Positions 21,671 through 32,999 of a stretch of DNA of 64,000 nucleotides are shown one piece after another. The position numbers and the translations under genes are program-made. Location of the stretch: assembly GCA_963771075.1 (NCBI GenBank), contig CAVYSE010000005.1, forward strand, positions 32,001-96,000, written 5' to 3'. Numbering within the stretch: the first letter of the stretch is position 1; each line of letters starts with the position of its first letter. This DNA is from a candidate division FCPU426 bacterium. Lineage in GTDB: Bacteria; Oederibacteriota; Muellerivitia; Muellerivitales; Muellerivitaceae. A model generated the notes under the pieces. It did not search any database, was not told the origin of the DNA, and worked only from the letters and a program-made list of their open reading frames with translations.

Positions 21671-22129
21671 ATGGCTGAAACCTATACCCAACTCACCCCT
21701 AAAAAAGGCTGGTTGATCTTTGCCGCTTGTTGGGTAGTTAGTTTTTTCCTTATTTATGGTCTTCGCCAAGCCCTTATCCCTAAGGAAGAGCTGGATTGTT
21801 ACGCCCGGGTCCCGGTTTTCCAGAAGGCGGTGGATGCCTGGAACAAGGCCAATCCGGGCCAATCCGTTACCGAGTTGATCGACGAGAACGCGTTGGTGAA
21901 GGCGGGCTATTTGCCAGCGGGGGACCTGAACTACGATCATGACCGCCATTTCTACTTCGTTGGGCAGACCGCCCATGGGCCCAGGGTGAAGTGCAATAAG
22001 GATGAGGATAACCCGATGATCTTGAAATTAACGGGGGATACCCTCATCGCGGTTCTATTGTTCCTGGTCTATTGCTCAAATAAGAAATATGCGCTGTTTT
22101 CAGACGAGTTGGAATCAGAAAAGCAATAA
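21671..22129 (+). CDS. Hypothetical membrane protein (2 TM)
   Basis: RBS GGAG; two hydrophobic segments. Confidence 0.6.
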   Translation: MAETYTQLTPKKGWLIFAACWVVSFFLIYGLRQALIPKEELDCYARVPVFQKAVDAWNKANPGQSVTELIDENALVKAGYLPAGDLNYDHDRHFYFVGQTAHGPRVKCNKDEDNPMILKLTGDTLIAVLLFLVYCSNKKYALFSDELESEKQ

Positions 22130-22331
22130 GCGATGAACCCACTATTTTTTGATTGTGGGTTTTTATCATGCTTTGTCCGGCTTGTGGTGTGAAGGAATTA
22201 ATTAGAAACAGTACAACTGATTGTCTGAAATGTCATTTGTTGTTAGATGAGTTTATGTACCCATTAATAGAACTGCATCGATATCACTGAGTCGAGTCGT
22301 TTAAGACACTTAATTAAAGAAAGGCAACAAA

Positions 22332-23252
22332 ATGTCCGAAGTTCTCATTGTCGGTTCGGTGGCTTATGACGGTTTGACGACCCCCTACGGCTCAACCCCC
22401 AGGACCCTGGGCGGATCCTGCACCTATTCAAGCCTGGCGTCTTCCTTATATACAAAGACCCATATCGTGGGGGTGGTGGGGCAGGACTTCCGGACGGAAG
22501 ACATCCAGTTGTTGAAGTCCAAAAAGATCGGGATCGAGGGCCTTGAAAGGGCCAAGGGAAAGACCTTCTTCTGGAAAGGGCACTATAAGAAGGAAGACAT
22601 GAACGTGGCGATCACGGAAAAGACCGAATTGAACGTTTTCGCGCAGTTCAACCCTAAGATTCCCGCCCAGGACCGGAAGATCCCCTTCCTTTTCCTGGCC
22701 AATATCCATCCGGCCCTGCAAATGAACGTCTTGAAACAGGTCCAAAAGCCCAAGTTCGCCTTGCTCGACACCATGAACCTGTGGATCAACATCGCCAAGA
22801 AGGACCTGCTGAAGGTCATGAAGAAGGTGGACCTGATGGTCCTGAATGACCAGGAAGTGCGCATGTTGACGGGGGTTTTGAACCTGAAGGAGGCCGCCAA
22901 GGCCGTGTTGAGGCTCGGGCCCAAGCGGGTCATCGTGAAGAAGGGCGAGCATGGGGCCATGTTGATCGGCCCGGAGGGGCTCTTCCTGACGCCCGCCATG
23001 CCCCTGGACAAGGTGGTGGACCCGACGGGAGCCGGCGACACCTTCGCCGGGGGTTTCATCGGTTACCTGGCCAAACGGGGAACCGTGAACCTGGAAAGCC
23101 TCAAGCAAGCCATCGTGGCGGGAACCTTGACCGCTTCCTTCACGGTGCAGGCCCTGGGAGTGAAGGGTGTGGCGGGTTTGACCTTGGGTAAGGTGCGCCA
23201 AAGGGCCAAAGAATTTTATCGATTTGCCAGTCTTCCTCTCATAAAATTGTGA
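22332..23252 (+). CDS. PfkB-family carbohydrate/nucleoside kinase
   Basis: LGGS, GVVGQDF, VDPTGAGDTFAGG. Confidence 0.92.
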   Translation: MSEVLIVGSVAYDGLTTPYGSTPRTLGGSCTYSSLASSLYTKTHIVGVVGQDFRTEDIQLLKSKKIGIEGLERAKGKTFFWKGHYKKEDMNVAITEKTELNVFAQFNPKIPAQDRKIPFLFLANIHPALQMNVLKQVQKPKFALLDTMNLWINIAKKDLLKVMKKVDLMVLNDQEVRMLTGVLNLKEAAKAVLRLGPKRVIVKKGEHGAMLIGPEGLFLTPAMPLDKVVDPTGAGDTFAGGFIGYLAKRGTVNLESLKQAIVAGTLTASFTVQALGVKGVAGLTLGKVRQRAKEFYRFASLPLIKL

Positions 23253-23324
23253 CCCAACCACGCAAATTCAAAGCCTAAGCGCGTAAGGCAAACCCTTCGC
23301 GCTTAAGTTTTATAGGGACCCCCC

Positions 23325-24506
23325 ATGGCCATCCAGACCGAATCCAAACTCATCAAGAACTTTCCGCCTTATATTTTCGCCCGTTTGAACGCCGAAAGGC
23401 TGGCGGCCCGGCAGAAGGGCATCGATGTCATTGACTTCACCATGGGCAACCCGGATTCACCGACTCCCCAGCCGATCGTGGACAAGCTGATTGAGGTGGT
23501 GCACGATAAAAAGTCCCACCGTTATTCCACTTCCAAGGGCATCCCGGCCTATTTGAAGGCGGTCTCCCGCTGGTATGACCGCAAATACGGCGTTTCCATC
23601 AACCCCAAGACCGAGGCCGTGTCCGTCATCGGCTCCAAGGAGGGAATCGCCCACCTGGGGTTGGCGGTCATTAACCGGGGCGATCAGGTCTATGTGCCCG
23701 ATCCAACCTATCCCATTCATCAATACAGCATCGTCATCGCGGGCGGGAAGCTTGTCCGAATACCGCTCTTGGGCGGCCCGGAGGATTTCCTGAAGCGGCT
23801 TGAAAAAGCCACTGCCAAGCGCGGCGCCAAACCCAAGATGCTCATCATTAATTTCCCCCATAACCCCACCACCATGTGCGTGGAAGCGGCTTTTTTTAAC
23901 GAAATCGTCAAGTGGGCCAAGCGCCACCAAGTGATGGTGGTGCATGACCTGGCTTATGCCGACATTGTTTTTGACGATTACAAGTCGCCCAGCTTTCTGG
24001 CGACCCCCGGCGCCAAGGATGTGGGCGTGGAGGTCTTCACCCTTTCCAAGTCATACAACATGGCGGGTTGGCGCATCGGGTTCTGCGCCGGCAATGAAAA
24101 GGTCATCGCTTCCTTGGCCCGAATCAAAAGTTACATGGATTACGGAATCTTCACACCCATTCAGGTGGCCGCCATTACGGCCCTGGATAGCCTGGAGGAA
24201 AACCTCCATAAACTGGCGGCTGTTTACCAGGAACGGCGGGATATCATGGTGGACGGCATGAACAAGATGGGCTGGCCGGTGGAGAAACCCCGGGCCGCGA
24301 TGTATCTCTGGGCCAAGATACCCCGCAAATTCGCCCATATGACCTCGATGGATTTCAGCATGCTGCTCTTAAAGGAAGCCGAGGCCGCTGTTTCGCCAGG
24401 TACGGGTTTTGGGAAGCTGGGTGAAGGCTACGTGCGCATCGCACTGGTGGAAAACAAGGACCGGATTCGGCAGGCCTTGAGGAACATCAAAAAACTTTTT
24501 TCATAA
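23325..24506 (+). CDS. PLP-dependent class I aminotransferase (AlaC / LL-DAP aminotransferase-like)
   Basis: PPYIFA, MGNPD, GSKEG, NFPHNPT, HDLAY, SKSYNMAGWRIG. Confidence 0.9.
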   Translation: MAIQTESKLIKNFPPYIFARLNAERLAARQKGIDVIDFTMGNPDSPTPQPIVDKLIEVVHDKKSHRYSTSKGIPAYLKAVSRWYDRKYGVSINPKTEAVSVIGSKEGIAHLGLAVINRGDQVYVPDPTYPIHQYSIVIAGGKLVRIPLLGGPEDFLKRLEKATAKRGAKPKMLIINFPHNPTTMCVEAAFFNEIVKWAKRHQVMVVHDLAYADIVFDDYKSPSFLATPGAKDVGVEVFTLSKSYNMAGWRIGFCAGNEKVIASLARIKSYMDYGIFTPIQVAAITALDSLEENLHKLAAVYQERRDIMVDGMNKMGWPVEKPRAAMYLWAKIPRKFAHMTSMDFSMLLLKEAEAAVSPGTGFGKLGEGYVRIALVENKDRIRQALRNIKKLFS

Positions 24507-24646
24507 ACCCAGAGACAAGGCAAACATTATTACCACAGAGGTACAGAGACACAGAGAACGGCAAGAATAATTGGATTTAGATAAACCAGAGGCAGTCACC
24601 CAAGACGGCAAACCTTTTTACCATTGAGACATAAAGAAAGCCCTAC

Positions 24647-25046
24647 ATGGCGGAAATCCGGAAACCAATACCTGCAGAACTGAATGGAATTACTGCAAAA
24701 ATAGTAGATGCCGCCTATGAAGTGCATTCGGATTTCAGGCCCTGGTTTGATTGAAAGTATTTACGAATCATGTTTGACCTATGAACTGACCCGCCGTGAA
24801 ATAAGATTCGAGAGACAAAAAACAGTGCCAGTTCATTATAAAGACGTTTCCTTTGATCAAGCTTTGCGCGTGGATCTGTTGGTTGAGGATAAAATCATCG
24901 TTGAATTGAAAGCGGTGGAAAAATTATTGCCGGTTCACGAAGCCCAAATTTTGACTTATTTGAAACTTATGGATTGCAGGGTAGGGTAACTTGTTAACTT
25001 TAATGTGCCTTTACTTAAACAAGGGATCAAAAGAATAGTTTTATAA
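24647..25046 (+). pseudogene. GxxExxY-family protein, disrupted
   Basis: IVDAAYEVH...GPGLIESIYE...DLLVEDKIIVELKAV...NFN...GIKR; frameshift near 24735 and in-frame TAA at 24987-24989. Confidence 0.85.
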
Positions 25047-25146
25047 TAATGAGTTCTTCTCTGCGTCTCTGTGGTAAAAATGAGGTGTGGATTTTAAAGG
25101 TTGGTTAATGATTCTCTGTGGTGAAATCTCTTTTTTGAGGTGCAAA

Positions 25147-26313
25147 ATGGAAATCTCGATCCGTATGAAGGGTGTGGCGCCCTCAATGACCCTGGCCATC
25201 GACGCGAAGGCGAAAAAATTGAAGGAAGAAGGCCTGGATATCCTCAATTTCGGCGCCGGAGAGCCTGATTTCAACACGCCCGGCCCCATTTGCGAGGCCG
25301 CCAAGAAGGCCATCGACGAAGGCCACCACAAGTACACGCCGGTTCCCGGCACCGTGGAATTGCGCAAGGCCATTTGCCAATACCTGGAAAAAGAATACAA
25401 GGTTAAATACGAACCGGGGGAGATCGTCGCCTCTTGCGGGGCCAAGCATTCCCTCTATAACGTATTCATGGCGGTGATTAACCCGGGGGACGAGGTCCTG
25501 ATCCCGTCGCCTTTCTGGGTCAGCTACCCCGAGCAGGTGAAGCTGGCGGGAGGGGTCCCGGTTTATGTCGAGTGCCCGGAATCGGATGAGTTCAAATTGA
25601 CCGCCGCGTTCCTTCAATCCAAGATCACTCCGAAGACCAAGGCGCTGGTCCTCAATTCGCCCAGCAACCCGACGGGAGCGGTGGTGGGACGCAAGGCCAT
25701 GGAGGGGATCGCCGAGCTGGTCCTTAAACACAAACTCATCGTCATCTCCGACGAGATCTATTCCAAGCTGGTTTACGGGGAAGAACACGTTTGCTTTCCC
25801 TCCCTCTCAAAGGAAATCGCGGCCCAAACGATTCTGATCAACGGCATGTCCAAGGCCTTCGCCATGACGGGCTGGCGTTTGGGTTACGCGGCGGGACCCG
25901 CCAACATCATGAAGGCGGTCGGCGACCTTCAGGGGCAGTCCACCTCCAACCCCACCTCGATCGTTCAAAAAGCGGGCGTGGCGGCCTTGGCCTTGCCCGA
26001 TTCGGAGATCCAGAAGATGGTGGAGGTATTCCGCAAGCGCCGGGACATGATCGTGGATGGCCTGAACGCTATTCCCGGGATTCGATGCCTGAAGCCGGCG
26101 GGCGCTTTTTACGTGTTTCCGAACATAAAGGGGCTCCTGAAACCAGGGCGGGCCACCTCCATGGAGCTTTCGGAATTTCTCCTCGACAAGGCCAAGGTAG
26201 CCCTTACGCCGGGCATCGCCTTCGGCGCGGAAGGCTATATGCGGATGTCCTATGCCACGAGTGAGAAGGCCATTTTGGAGGGCCTGAAGAGGATCCGGGA
26301 ACATGCCGTGTGA
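25147..26313 (+). CDS. Aspartate aminotransferase-like class I aminotransferase
   Basis: GAGEPDF, NSPSNPTG, SDEIY, SKAFAMTGWRLG. Confidence 0.9.
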   Translation: MEISIRMKGVAPSMTLAIDAKAKKLKEEGLDILNFGAGEPDFNTPGPICEAAKKAIDEGHHKYTPVPGTVELRKAICQYLEKEYKVKYEPGEIVASCGAKHSLYNVFMAVINPGDEVLIPSPFWVSYPEQVKLAGGVPVYVECPESDEFKLTAAFLQSKITPKTKALVLNSPSNPTGAVVGRKAMEGIAELVLKHKLIVISDEIYSKLVYGEEHVCFPSLSKEIAAQTILINGMSKAFAMTGWRLGYAAGPANIMKAVGDLQGQSTSNPTSIVQKAGVAALALPDSEIQKMVEVFRKRRDMIVDGLNAIPGIRCLKPAGAFYVFPNIKGLLKPGRATSMELSEFLLDKAKVALTPGIAFGAEGYMRMSYATSEKAILEGLKRIREHAV

Positions 26314-26478
26314 GGTTGGCGGTATTGGAGGTGCGCGGAAGGGCCCGGAAGGGCTTTCGCTTGAAGTGAACCCCGTTTTCCCCTAATCTATAACTCCTTT
26401 CCTAGAAAACGCCCCAAACTCGCTTGGTTTTGGGGCGTTTTGCTATTTATCCCAATTCGATGGTTCGGAGAAAAAGGA

Positions 26479-27801
26479 ATGGCGGACAACAAGTCAATCA
26501 TCCAGGTCGGTATGATCGGTTTCGGGACCGTAGGCCAGGGGGTTTACCGCCTCCTGGAAAAAAACCGGTCCGAGATCGAAGCCAAGATCGGCGCGCCGAT
26601 CCGGATCAAGAAGATCATCGATAAGGACTGGAGCCTGCCGCGGGATGTCTCCGTGCCTGAGGAAATGAAAGGCACCCAGTTCGACGAGATCGTCACCGAC
26701 CCCGATATCGACATCATTCTGGAGCTCATCGGGGGCTATGAGCCCGCCCGCACCTTCATCCTGGACGCCATGCGCCGGGGGAAGCACGTAGTCACCGCCA
26801 ACAAGGCGGTGCTTTCGGTTCATTGGGATGAGATCATCCAGACCGCCCGCCAGCACAAGGTGGACATTTATTTCGAGGCCGCGGTTTGCAGCGGCACGCC
26901 GGTCATCCAGGCCATCAACGATGGGCTCGCCCCCAACAACATCATCTCCATCTACGGGATCCTGAACGGCACCAGCAATTTCGTGCTCCAGAAGATGACG
27001 GAGGAGAAGAAAACCTTCAAGGAAGCCATCCAGATGGCCCAGAAGAAAGGCCTGGCGGAGGCCGACCCCACGCTGGACATCAACGGCATGGACGCGGCCC
27101 ACAAGCTTTCCATCCTGGCCTCCCTGGCCTTTTCCAAGCGCGTCAAGGTCGAGGACATCTACGTGGAGGGGATCGAGCGGATCTCGGCCCAGGACATCGA
27201 CTTCGCCCGGGAAGAATTCGGCCGGGTGGTCAAATTGTTCGCGATCGCCGAGCTGGAAGGGGACGAGCTGGAGGTGCGGGTGCATCCCACCCTCATCCCC
27301 GCGGACCACCTGCTGGCCAAGGTGGATGGCGAGTATAACGGCGTGTTGGTGAAGGGCGACTGGATCGGGACCACCATGTACTACGGGCTGGGCGCCGGGC
27401 AGAGGCCGACCGCCTCGGGTGTGGTTTCGGACCTGATTTACGTGAGCCGGGCCGTGCATGACAACATCGCGGGCGAGATTTCAAACGCCTGGTTTCTCAG
27501 CGACAACCCGCAGATCAAGCGTATCCGTAAGATGAGCGACGTGAAATGCCGCTACTACCTGAAATTCACCGTGCTGGACCAGGTGGGCGTGTTGTCCAAC
27601 ATTTCCCGCATCTTGGGTGAGCACCAGATCTCCATCGCCTCCGTCATCCAAAAAGAGCAAAAGAAGGGCGACAAGGTGCCGGTGGTGATCGTGACCTATG
27701 AGGCCCAGGAAAAGAACGTCCAGGAAGCCCTCAAGAAGATCAACGGCCTTCCTTTCGTGCAAGAAGAGACCCTCCTCATACGCATGGACCGAGGCGAATA
27801 A
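26479..27801 (+). CDS. hom: Homoserine dehydrogenase with ACT domain
   Basis: GFGTVG, VVTANKA, GILNGTSN, AEADPTLDING.DAAHK, C-terminal ACT. Confidence 0.95.
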   Translation: MADNKSIIQVGMIGFGTVGQGVYRLLEKNRSEIEAKIGAPIRIKKIIDKDWSLPRDVSVPEEMKGTQFDEIVTDPDIDIILELIGGYEPARTFILDAMRRGKHVVTANKAVLSVHWDEIIQTARQHKVDIYFEAAVCSGTPVIQAINDGLAPNNIISIYGILNGTSNFVLQKMTEEKKTFKEAIQMAQKKGLAEADPTLDINGMDAAHKLSILASLAFSKRVKVEDIYVEGIERISAQDIDFAREEFGRVVKLFAIAELEGDELEVRVHPTLIPADHLLAKVDGEYNGVLVKGDWIGTTMYYGLGAGQRPTASGVVSDLIYVSRAVHDNIAGEISNAWFLSDNPQIKRIRKMSDVKCRYYLKFTVLDQVGVLSNISRILGEHQISIASVIQKEQKKGDKVPVVIVTYEAQEKNVQEALKKINGLPFVQEETLLIRMDRGE

Positions 27802-28863
27802 ATGGCATTCTGGCGCGGCGTCATCGAAGAATATCGTTCCTACCTTCCGGTCTCGGAGAAAACCCCGGTGGTTACCCTGAAAGAGGGCGACACCCCGCTG
27901 ATCTACGGGCCCCGCATTTCGGAAAAGCTCGGGAACGGCTTGAAGGTTTATTTCAAATTCGAGGGTTTGAATCCCACGGGGTCCTTCAAGGACCGCGGAA
28001 TGACCCTGGCCATGTCCAAGGCCGCGGAAGAGGGGGCGAAGGTGGTGGTTTGCGCCTCCACGGGAAACACCTCGGCGGCGGCCGCCGCCTATTCGGCCCA
28101 CGCGGGCATTTCATGCGCGGTCTTCCTGCCCCACGGCTCCATCGCGTTGGGCAAGCTGGCCCAATCCATGATCTATGGCGCCCAGGTTATTGCGGTGGAG
28201 GGGAATTTCGACCAGGCCTTGACCCTCACCCGGCAGCTGGCCGACCAGTACCCCGTCACGATGGTGAATTCCAACAATCCCTACCGCCTGCAGGGACAAA
28301 AAACCGCGGCCTTTGAGATCATCGATACCCTGGGCGACGCGCCCGAATACCACGCCATCCCCGTGGGGAACGCCGGAAACATTACCGCCTATTGGATGGG
28401 CTACCGGGAATACCATGAAAAAGGCCTTTCCAAGCGGCTTCCTAAAATGTGCGGTTTCCAAGCCGATGGATCGGCCCCCATCGTGAAGGGCCACGTGATC
28501 GAGGATCCCCATACCCTCGCGACCGCCATCAAGATCGGCAATCCATTCTCCTGGAAAAAGGCGGAAGAGGCCCGGGACCAATCCAAGGGCTTGATCGAGG
28601 CCGTGACCGACGAGGAAATCCTGGAGGCCTACCAGATGATGGCCTCGATGGAAGGCATCTTTTGCGAACCGGCTTCCGCCGCGTCCCTGGCGGGGGTGAT
28701 CAAGAAGAACAAAACGGGCTATTTCACCGACGGGGAGCGTCGGATCGTCTGTACCCTGACCGGGCACGGCCTGAAAGACCCGGACCGGGCGGTCATGATG
28801 TGCGCCAAGCCCGAAGTGGTGAAGCCTGAAATGGGTTCTATTCTCAAGGCGTTAAAGCTTTAG
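27802..28863 (+). CDS. thrC: Threonine synthase
   Basis: NPTGSFKDRG, CASTGNTS, PVGNAGN, EPASAA, TGHGLKD. Confidence 0.94.
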   Translation: MAFWRGVIEEYRSYLPVSEKTPVVTLKEGDTPLIYGPRISEKLGNGLKVYFKFEGLNPTGSFKDRGMTLAMSKAAEEGAKVVVCASTGNTSAAAAAYSAHAGISCAVFLPHGSIALGKLAQSMIYGAQVIAVEGNFDQALTLTRQLADQYPVTMVNSNNPYRLQGQKTAAFEIIDTLGDAPEYHAIPVGNAGNITAYWMGYREYHEKGLSKRLPKMCGFQADGSAPIVKGHVIEDPHTLATAIKIGNPFSWKKAEEARDQSKGLIEAVTDEEILEAYQMMASMEGIFCEPASAASLAGVIKKNKTGYFTDGERRIVCTLTGHGLKDPDRAVMMCAKPEVVKPEMGSILKALKL

Positions 28864-28979
28864 AAAAAAACATTTACCAAAGAGGCACAGAGACTCAGGG
28901 AAAACCAAAAGGATTGATTTAACCATAAATTCCTCTGTGGCTCTGTGGTGAGAGGTTTAGATTTAAAAAGGAAAAGAAT

Positions 28980-30212
28980 ATGGCTCTGATCGTTCAAAAA
29001 TACGGCGGTTCCTCGGTGGCGGACGCGGGCAAGATGCTTGAAGTGGCGCGCCGCATCGCCAAGAACCGCAAGCAGGGTAACGAGGTGGTCGTGGTGGTTT
29101 CCGCCCCCGGGGACACGACCGATGACCTGATCGCCAAGGCGCAGCAGATCACCGACACTCCGGACGAGCGGGAAATGGACGTGCTCCTGGCCACGGGCGA
29201 GCAGCAGTCCATCGCGCTCCTCTCCATCGCGTTGAAAAGCATGAACTGCGACGCGATTTCCTTCACCGGTCCCCAGGTGGGCATCGTCACCGACGACGTG
29301 CATACCAAGGCCCGCATCGTGAAGGTGGGGGATTCCAAGATCCGCGCCGCCTTGAACCTGGGCAAGGTGGTCATCGTGGCGGGCTTCCAGGGCGAGAACA
29401 AGGACCATGAGATCACCACCCTGGGCCGGGGGGGGAGCGACCTGACGGCGGTAGCCATCGCGGCGGCCCTGAAGGCCGACGTTTGCGAGTTTTACAAGGA
29501 TGTGGACGGCGTCTTCACCGCCAACCCCAGCATCGTCAAGAACGCGCGCAAGCTCGACGCGGTCAGTTACGACGAGATGCTGGAAATGGCCAGCGCGGGG
29601 GCCCAGGTCTTGAACGCCCGCTCGGTGGAGTTCGCGAAAAACTTCGGCATCAAGATCCATGTAAGGCCGACATTCAACGAAAAGAAAGGGACCTTCGTCA
29701 TGCGGGAAACCAAAGCGATGGAAAAGGTGGTCATCAGCGGGGTGACCTACAATAAAAACGAGGCCAAGATCACGGTGCGGGGCGTGCCGGACCGGCCGGG
29801 GATCGCCTCCATCCTCTTCTCCAAACTGGGGGCGGCGGGCATCAATGTGGACATGATCATCCAGAACATCGGGGAAAAGGCCCACTCCGACCTTTCCTTC
29901 ACGGTGGACCGTTCGGAGCTGAAAAAAGCCATGAAGGTGGTCAACGACGCGGCCAAGATCCTGAAACCCGCGGGCGTGATCGCGGACGAGAACATCGCCA
30001 AGGTGTCGGTGGTGGGGGTGGGGATGCGTTCCCACTCGGGCGTCGCGGCCAAGATGTTCCAGGCCCTGGCCGAGTGCGAGGTGAACATCCTCATGATCTC
30101 CACCTCGGAGATCAAGATTTCCGTGGTCATCGACCAAAAGGACGTGGCCAAGGCGGTCGCGGCCATTCATGAGAAATTCAAGCTTGGGAAAAAACCAGCC
30201 AGCGAAGGCTGA
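28980..30212 (+). CDS. lysC: Aspartate kinase
   Basis: VQKYGGSSV, TLGRGGSD, DVDGV, two ACT domains, STSEIKIS. Confidence 0.95.
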   Translation: MALIVQKYGGSSVADAGKMLEVARRIAKNRKQGNEVVVVVSAPGDTTDDLIAKAQQITDTPDEREMDVLLATGEQQSIALLSIALKSMNCDAISFTGPQVGIVTDDVHTKARIVKVGDSKIRAALNLGKVVIVAGFQGENKDHEITTLGRGGSDLTAVAIAAALKADVCEFYKDVDGVFTANPSIVKNARKLDAVSYDEMLEMASAGAQVLNARSVEFAKNFGIKIHVRPTFNEKKGTFVMRETKAMEKVVISGVTYNKNEAKITVRGVPDRPGIASILFSKLGAAGINVDMIIQNIGEKAHSDLSFTVDRSELKKAMKVVNDAAKILKPAGVIADENIAKVSVVGVGMRSHSGVAAKMFQALAECEVNILMISTSEIKISVVIDQKDVAKAVAAIHEKFKLGKKPASEG

Positions 30213-30308
30213 AAATTCGGGAACCCCGCGATTCCCGCGGGATCTTCGGGGCGGCAGGTTGATTTATCGCGTCGATACAAGCGATGGCAACCCACGAAAG
30301 GTGGAGCG

Positions 30309-31901
30309 GTGAGCGAGAAAATTGTCCTTTACGACGCCCTCTTGCGGGAGGGCCCCCAGACCCAGGGCATCAACATGTCCGTGGAGGATAAGCTGTTGCT
30401 CGCCCAATCCCTGGATGAGCTCGGCTTGCATTACCTGGAGGGGGGGTGGCCCGGGGCCAACCCCAAGGACACCCTCTTTTTTCAAAAGGCCAAGAAATTA
30501 AGGCTTCGGGCGCGCCTTTCAGCCTTTGGCATGACCCGAAGGGCCAAGCACAAGGCCCACCAGGACCCGAACCTGATCAACCTGGTTTCGGCAGGCGTTC
30601 CCACCATCACGGTGGTCGGAAAGACCTGGGATTTTCATGTGACCCGGGCCCTCAATATTTCCCTCGAGCAAAACCTGGATATCATTTTCGATTCGGTCAA
30701 ATTCCTGAAATCAAGGACGGATGAGGTTTTCCTGGACGCGGAACATTTTTTTGACGGCTATAAACATAATCCCGAGTTCTCCCTGAAGTGCCTGGAGTCG
30801 GCGCTCCAAGCCAAGGCCGACTGCCTGGTGCTTTGCGACACCAACGGCGGGTCCCTGCCCGAGGAGATCGAGGCGGTGGTCACGCGGGTCCACCAGCGTT
30901 TTCCCGGTGTTTCCCTCGGCATCCATTGCCACAACGATTCGGACCTGGCGGTGGCCAACACCCTGGCGGCCCTGTCGGCGGGCGCGACCCAGGTTCAAGG
31001 CTGCGTGAACGGCTACGGGGAAAGGGTGGGCAATACCAACCTGACTTCCCTGATCCCGACCCTGGCCCTGAAAAAGGGCGTTTCCTTCCTGCGGCCCGTG
31101 CGCTTGGAAAAATTAACCGAGGTTTCCCACCGGGTGGACGAGATCATGAACCAGAATCCGCGTCCCAGCGCCCCCTATGTGGGCAAGAATGCCTTCACCC
31201 ACAAGGGCGGCATGCATATCGACGCCATGCGGAAATCCAACAAGGCCTATGAGCATATCAACCCGGAACAGGTGGGGAACCAACGCAAACTTGTTTTGTC
31301 GGACCAATCGGGGCTCTCTGCCGTCCTACATCAGGCGGGCAAGGGCCAAATTAAGATCCATAAGAACACCCCTGAGGCCAAAGCCATCATCGAAGAAGTC
31401 AAGAAGATGGAAAATGAGGGCTACCAGTTCGAGGGCGCCGAGGCTTCCTTTGAATTACTGCTGAAAAAGGCCATGGGCAAGCACCATAACTTTTTCGATC
31501 TCGTGGGGTTTCGCGTGATCGATGAGAACCGGGGGGACGGCCTGCTCGTTTCCGAGGCCACCATCAAGGTCAAGGTCAAGGGAGTCATGGAAAACACCGT
31601 GGGCGAGGGGGACGGCCCGGTAAACGCGTTGGATCAGGCCCTTCGGAAGGCCCTGACCAAGTTTTATCCCTCCCTGAAGGACGTGCGTTTGACCGATTTC
31701 AAGGTGCGCGTTCTGGACGCCAAGGAGGGAACCGCCGCCAAGGTCCGCGTCCTTATCGAGAGCCGGGACGACAAGGCCACCTGGGGCACGGTCGGGGTGT
31801 CGGAGAACATTCTGGAAGCCTCCTGGGAGGCCCTGGTCGATTCCATCGACTATAAACTGCTCAAGGACGAGGACCAAAAACGCAAACGGCGGGCTCGTTG
31901 A
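30309..31901 (+). CDS. cimA: Citramalate synthase (LeuA-like)
   Basis: EGGWPGANPKD, DAEHFFDG, HCHND, GYGER.GN, GDGPVNALD regulatory domain. Confidence 0.88.
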   Translation: MSEKIVLYDALLREGPQTQGINMSVEDKLLLAQSLDELGLHYLEGGWPGANPKDTLFFQKAKKLRLRARLSAFGMTRRAKHKAHQDPNLINLVSAGVPTITVVGKTWDFHVTRALNISLEQNLDIIFDSVKFLKSRTDEVFLDAEHFFDGYKHNPEFSLKCLESALQAKADCLVLCDTNGGSLPEEIEAVVTRVHQRFPGVSLGIHCHNDSDLAVANTLAALSAGATQVQGCVNGYGERVGNTNLTSLIPTLALKKGVSFLRPVRLEKLTEVSHRVDEIMNQNPRPSAPYVGKNAFTHKGGMHIDAMRKSNKAYEHINPEQVGNQRKLVLSDQSGLSAVLHQAGKGQIKIHKNTPEAKAIIEEVKKMENEGYQFEGAEASFELLLKKAMGKHHNFFDLVGFRVIDENRGDGLLVSEATIKVKVKGVMENTVGEGDGPVNALDQALRKALTKFYPSLKDVRLTDFKVRVLDAKEGTAAKVRVLIESRDDKATWGTVGVSENILEASWEALVDSIDYKLLKDEDQKRKRRAR

Positions 31902-32743
31902 GCCTGTCACGGAAAGGCACGCGAACCCGTTCGACGGGGGCTTCCCACCGGCCGGTAGGCATCTTCGACTCGGGGCTGGGGGGGCTGACGGTCGTCAAGG
32001 CCATCCGCAAACAGGTGCCCGGCGAAGACCTGGTTTATTTCGGCGATACCGCCCGCATCCCCTACGGCAGCAAGAGCAAAGACACCATCATCCATTACAC
32101 CCGCCAGATCATCCGATTTCTCATCCAAAAAGAGAAGGTCAAGGTCCTGGTCGTGGCCTGCAACACCTCCTCGGCTTGGGCCTTGCGGGAAATCCGTAGG
32201 GAATTCGATATCCCCATTCTCGGAGTCATCAATCCGGGAGCCCAGGCGGCGGTGGAAGTAACCCGAAACGGCCGCATCGGCGTGATCGGCACCGAGGGAA
32301 CCATTTATTCCGGCGCCTATCCGGATGCCATCCATTCCTTGGATCCGCGCCTGAAGGTTTACACCCAGGCTTGCCCCCTTTTAGTCCCCCTGGTGGAGGA
32401 GGGGAAGCTATCCGGACTCGTGACCGAGACGGTCGCGAAAGAATATCTTCGTCCCCTTTTGCGATCTCGGGTGGATACCCTCTTGCTGGGATGCACCCAC
32501 TATCCGCTCCTTAAACAAACGCTAAAAAAGATCGCAGGATCGAAGGTTCGCATCGTGGATTCGGCCGAGGAAACGGCCAAGAGCCTCAAGTTGAACCTGG
32601 AGGCCTATGGGGCCGGATCTTCCGGACGGGGAAGCGCCAAGTTTTACGTCAGCGACCTTTCCCGGAAATTCAAGGAACATGCCCAGCGCTTCCTGGGCCG
32701 CCATATCGCCAAGGTGGAAAAAATCTTCATCGAGAAGTATTAG
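31898..32743 (+). CDS. murI: Glutamate racemase
   Basis: FDSGLGG, PYGSKS, ACNTSS, LGCTHYP. Confidence 0.95.
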   Translation: MSLSRKGTRTRSTGASHRPVGIFDSGLGGLTVVKAIRKQVPGEDLVYFGDTARIPYGSKSKDTIIHYTRQIIRFLIQKEKVKVLVVACNTSSAWALREIRREFDIPILGVINPGAQAAVEVTRNGRIGVIGTEGTIYSGAYPDAIHSLDPRLKVYTQACPLLVPLVEEGKLSGLVTETVAKEYLRPLLRSRVDTLLLGCTHYPLLKQTLKKIAGSKVRIVDSAEETAKSLKLNLEAYGAGSSGRGSAKFYVSDLSRKFKEHAQRFLGRHIAKVEKIFIEKY

Positions 32744-32999
32744 ATTTGTCCGAAAAAGGGGTACCCCGAAGACGGGAAGAAAAGAATTTTTTAAAGATCC
32801 GTCTTTTCACCCTCTCCCACCCTCACCTGGATATCCGATTCTTCGTGCCGATCCTCAAACGGTTGGTTTAAACACAAATGAGGCGTTTCTTCGCGGTAAG
32901 GGTTTATTGGGCTTGAGCCTTGATTGACATTGCCTTCTTTCAATTTACAATGAGAAACAAAATCGGAGGTTTCCCATCCACAAACGAATCCCCCTGCTC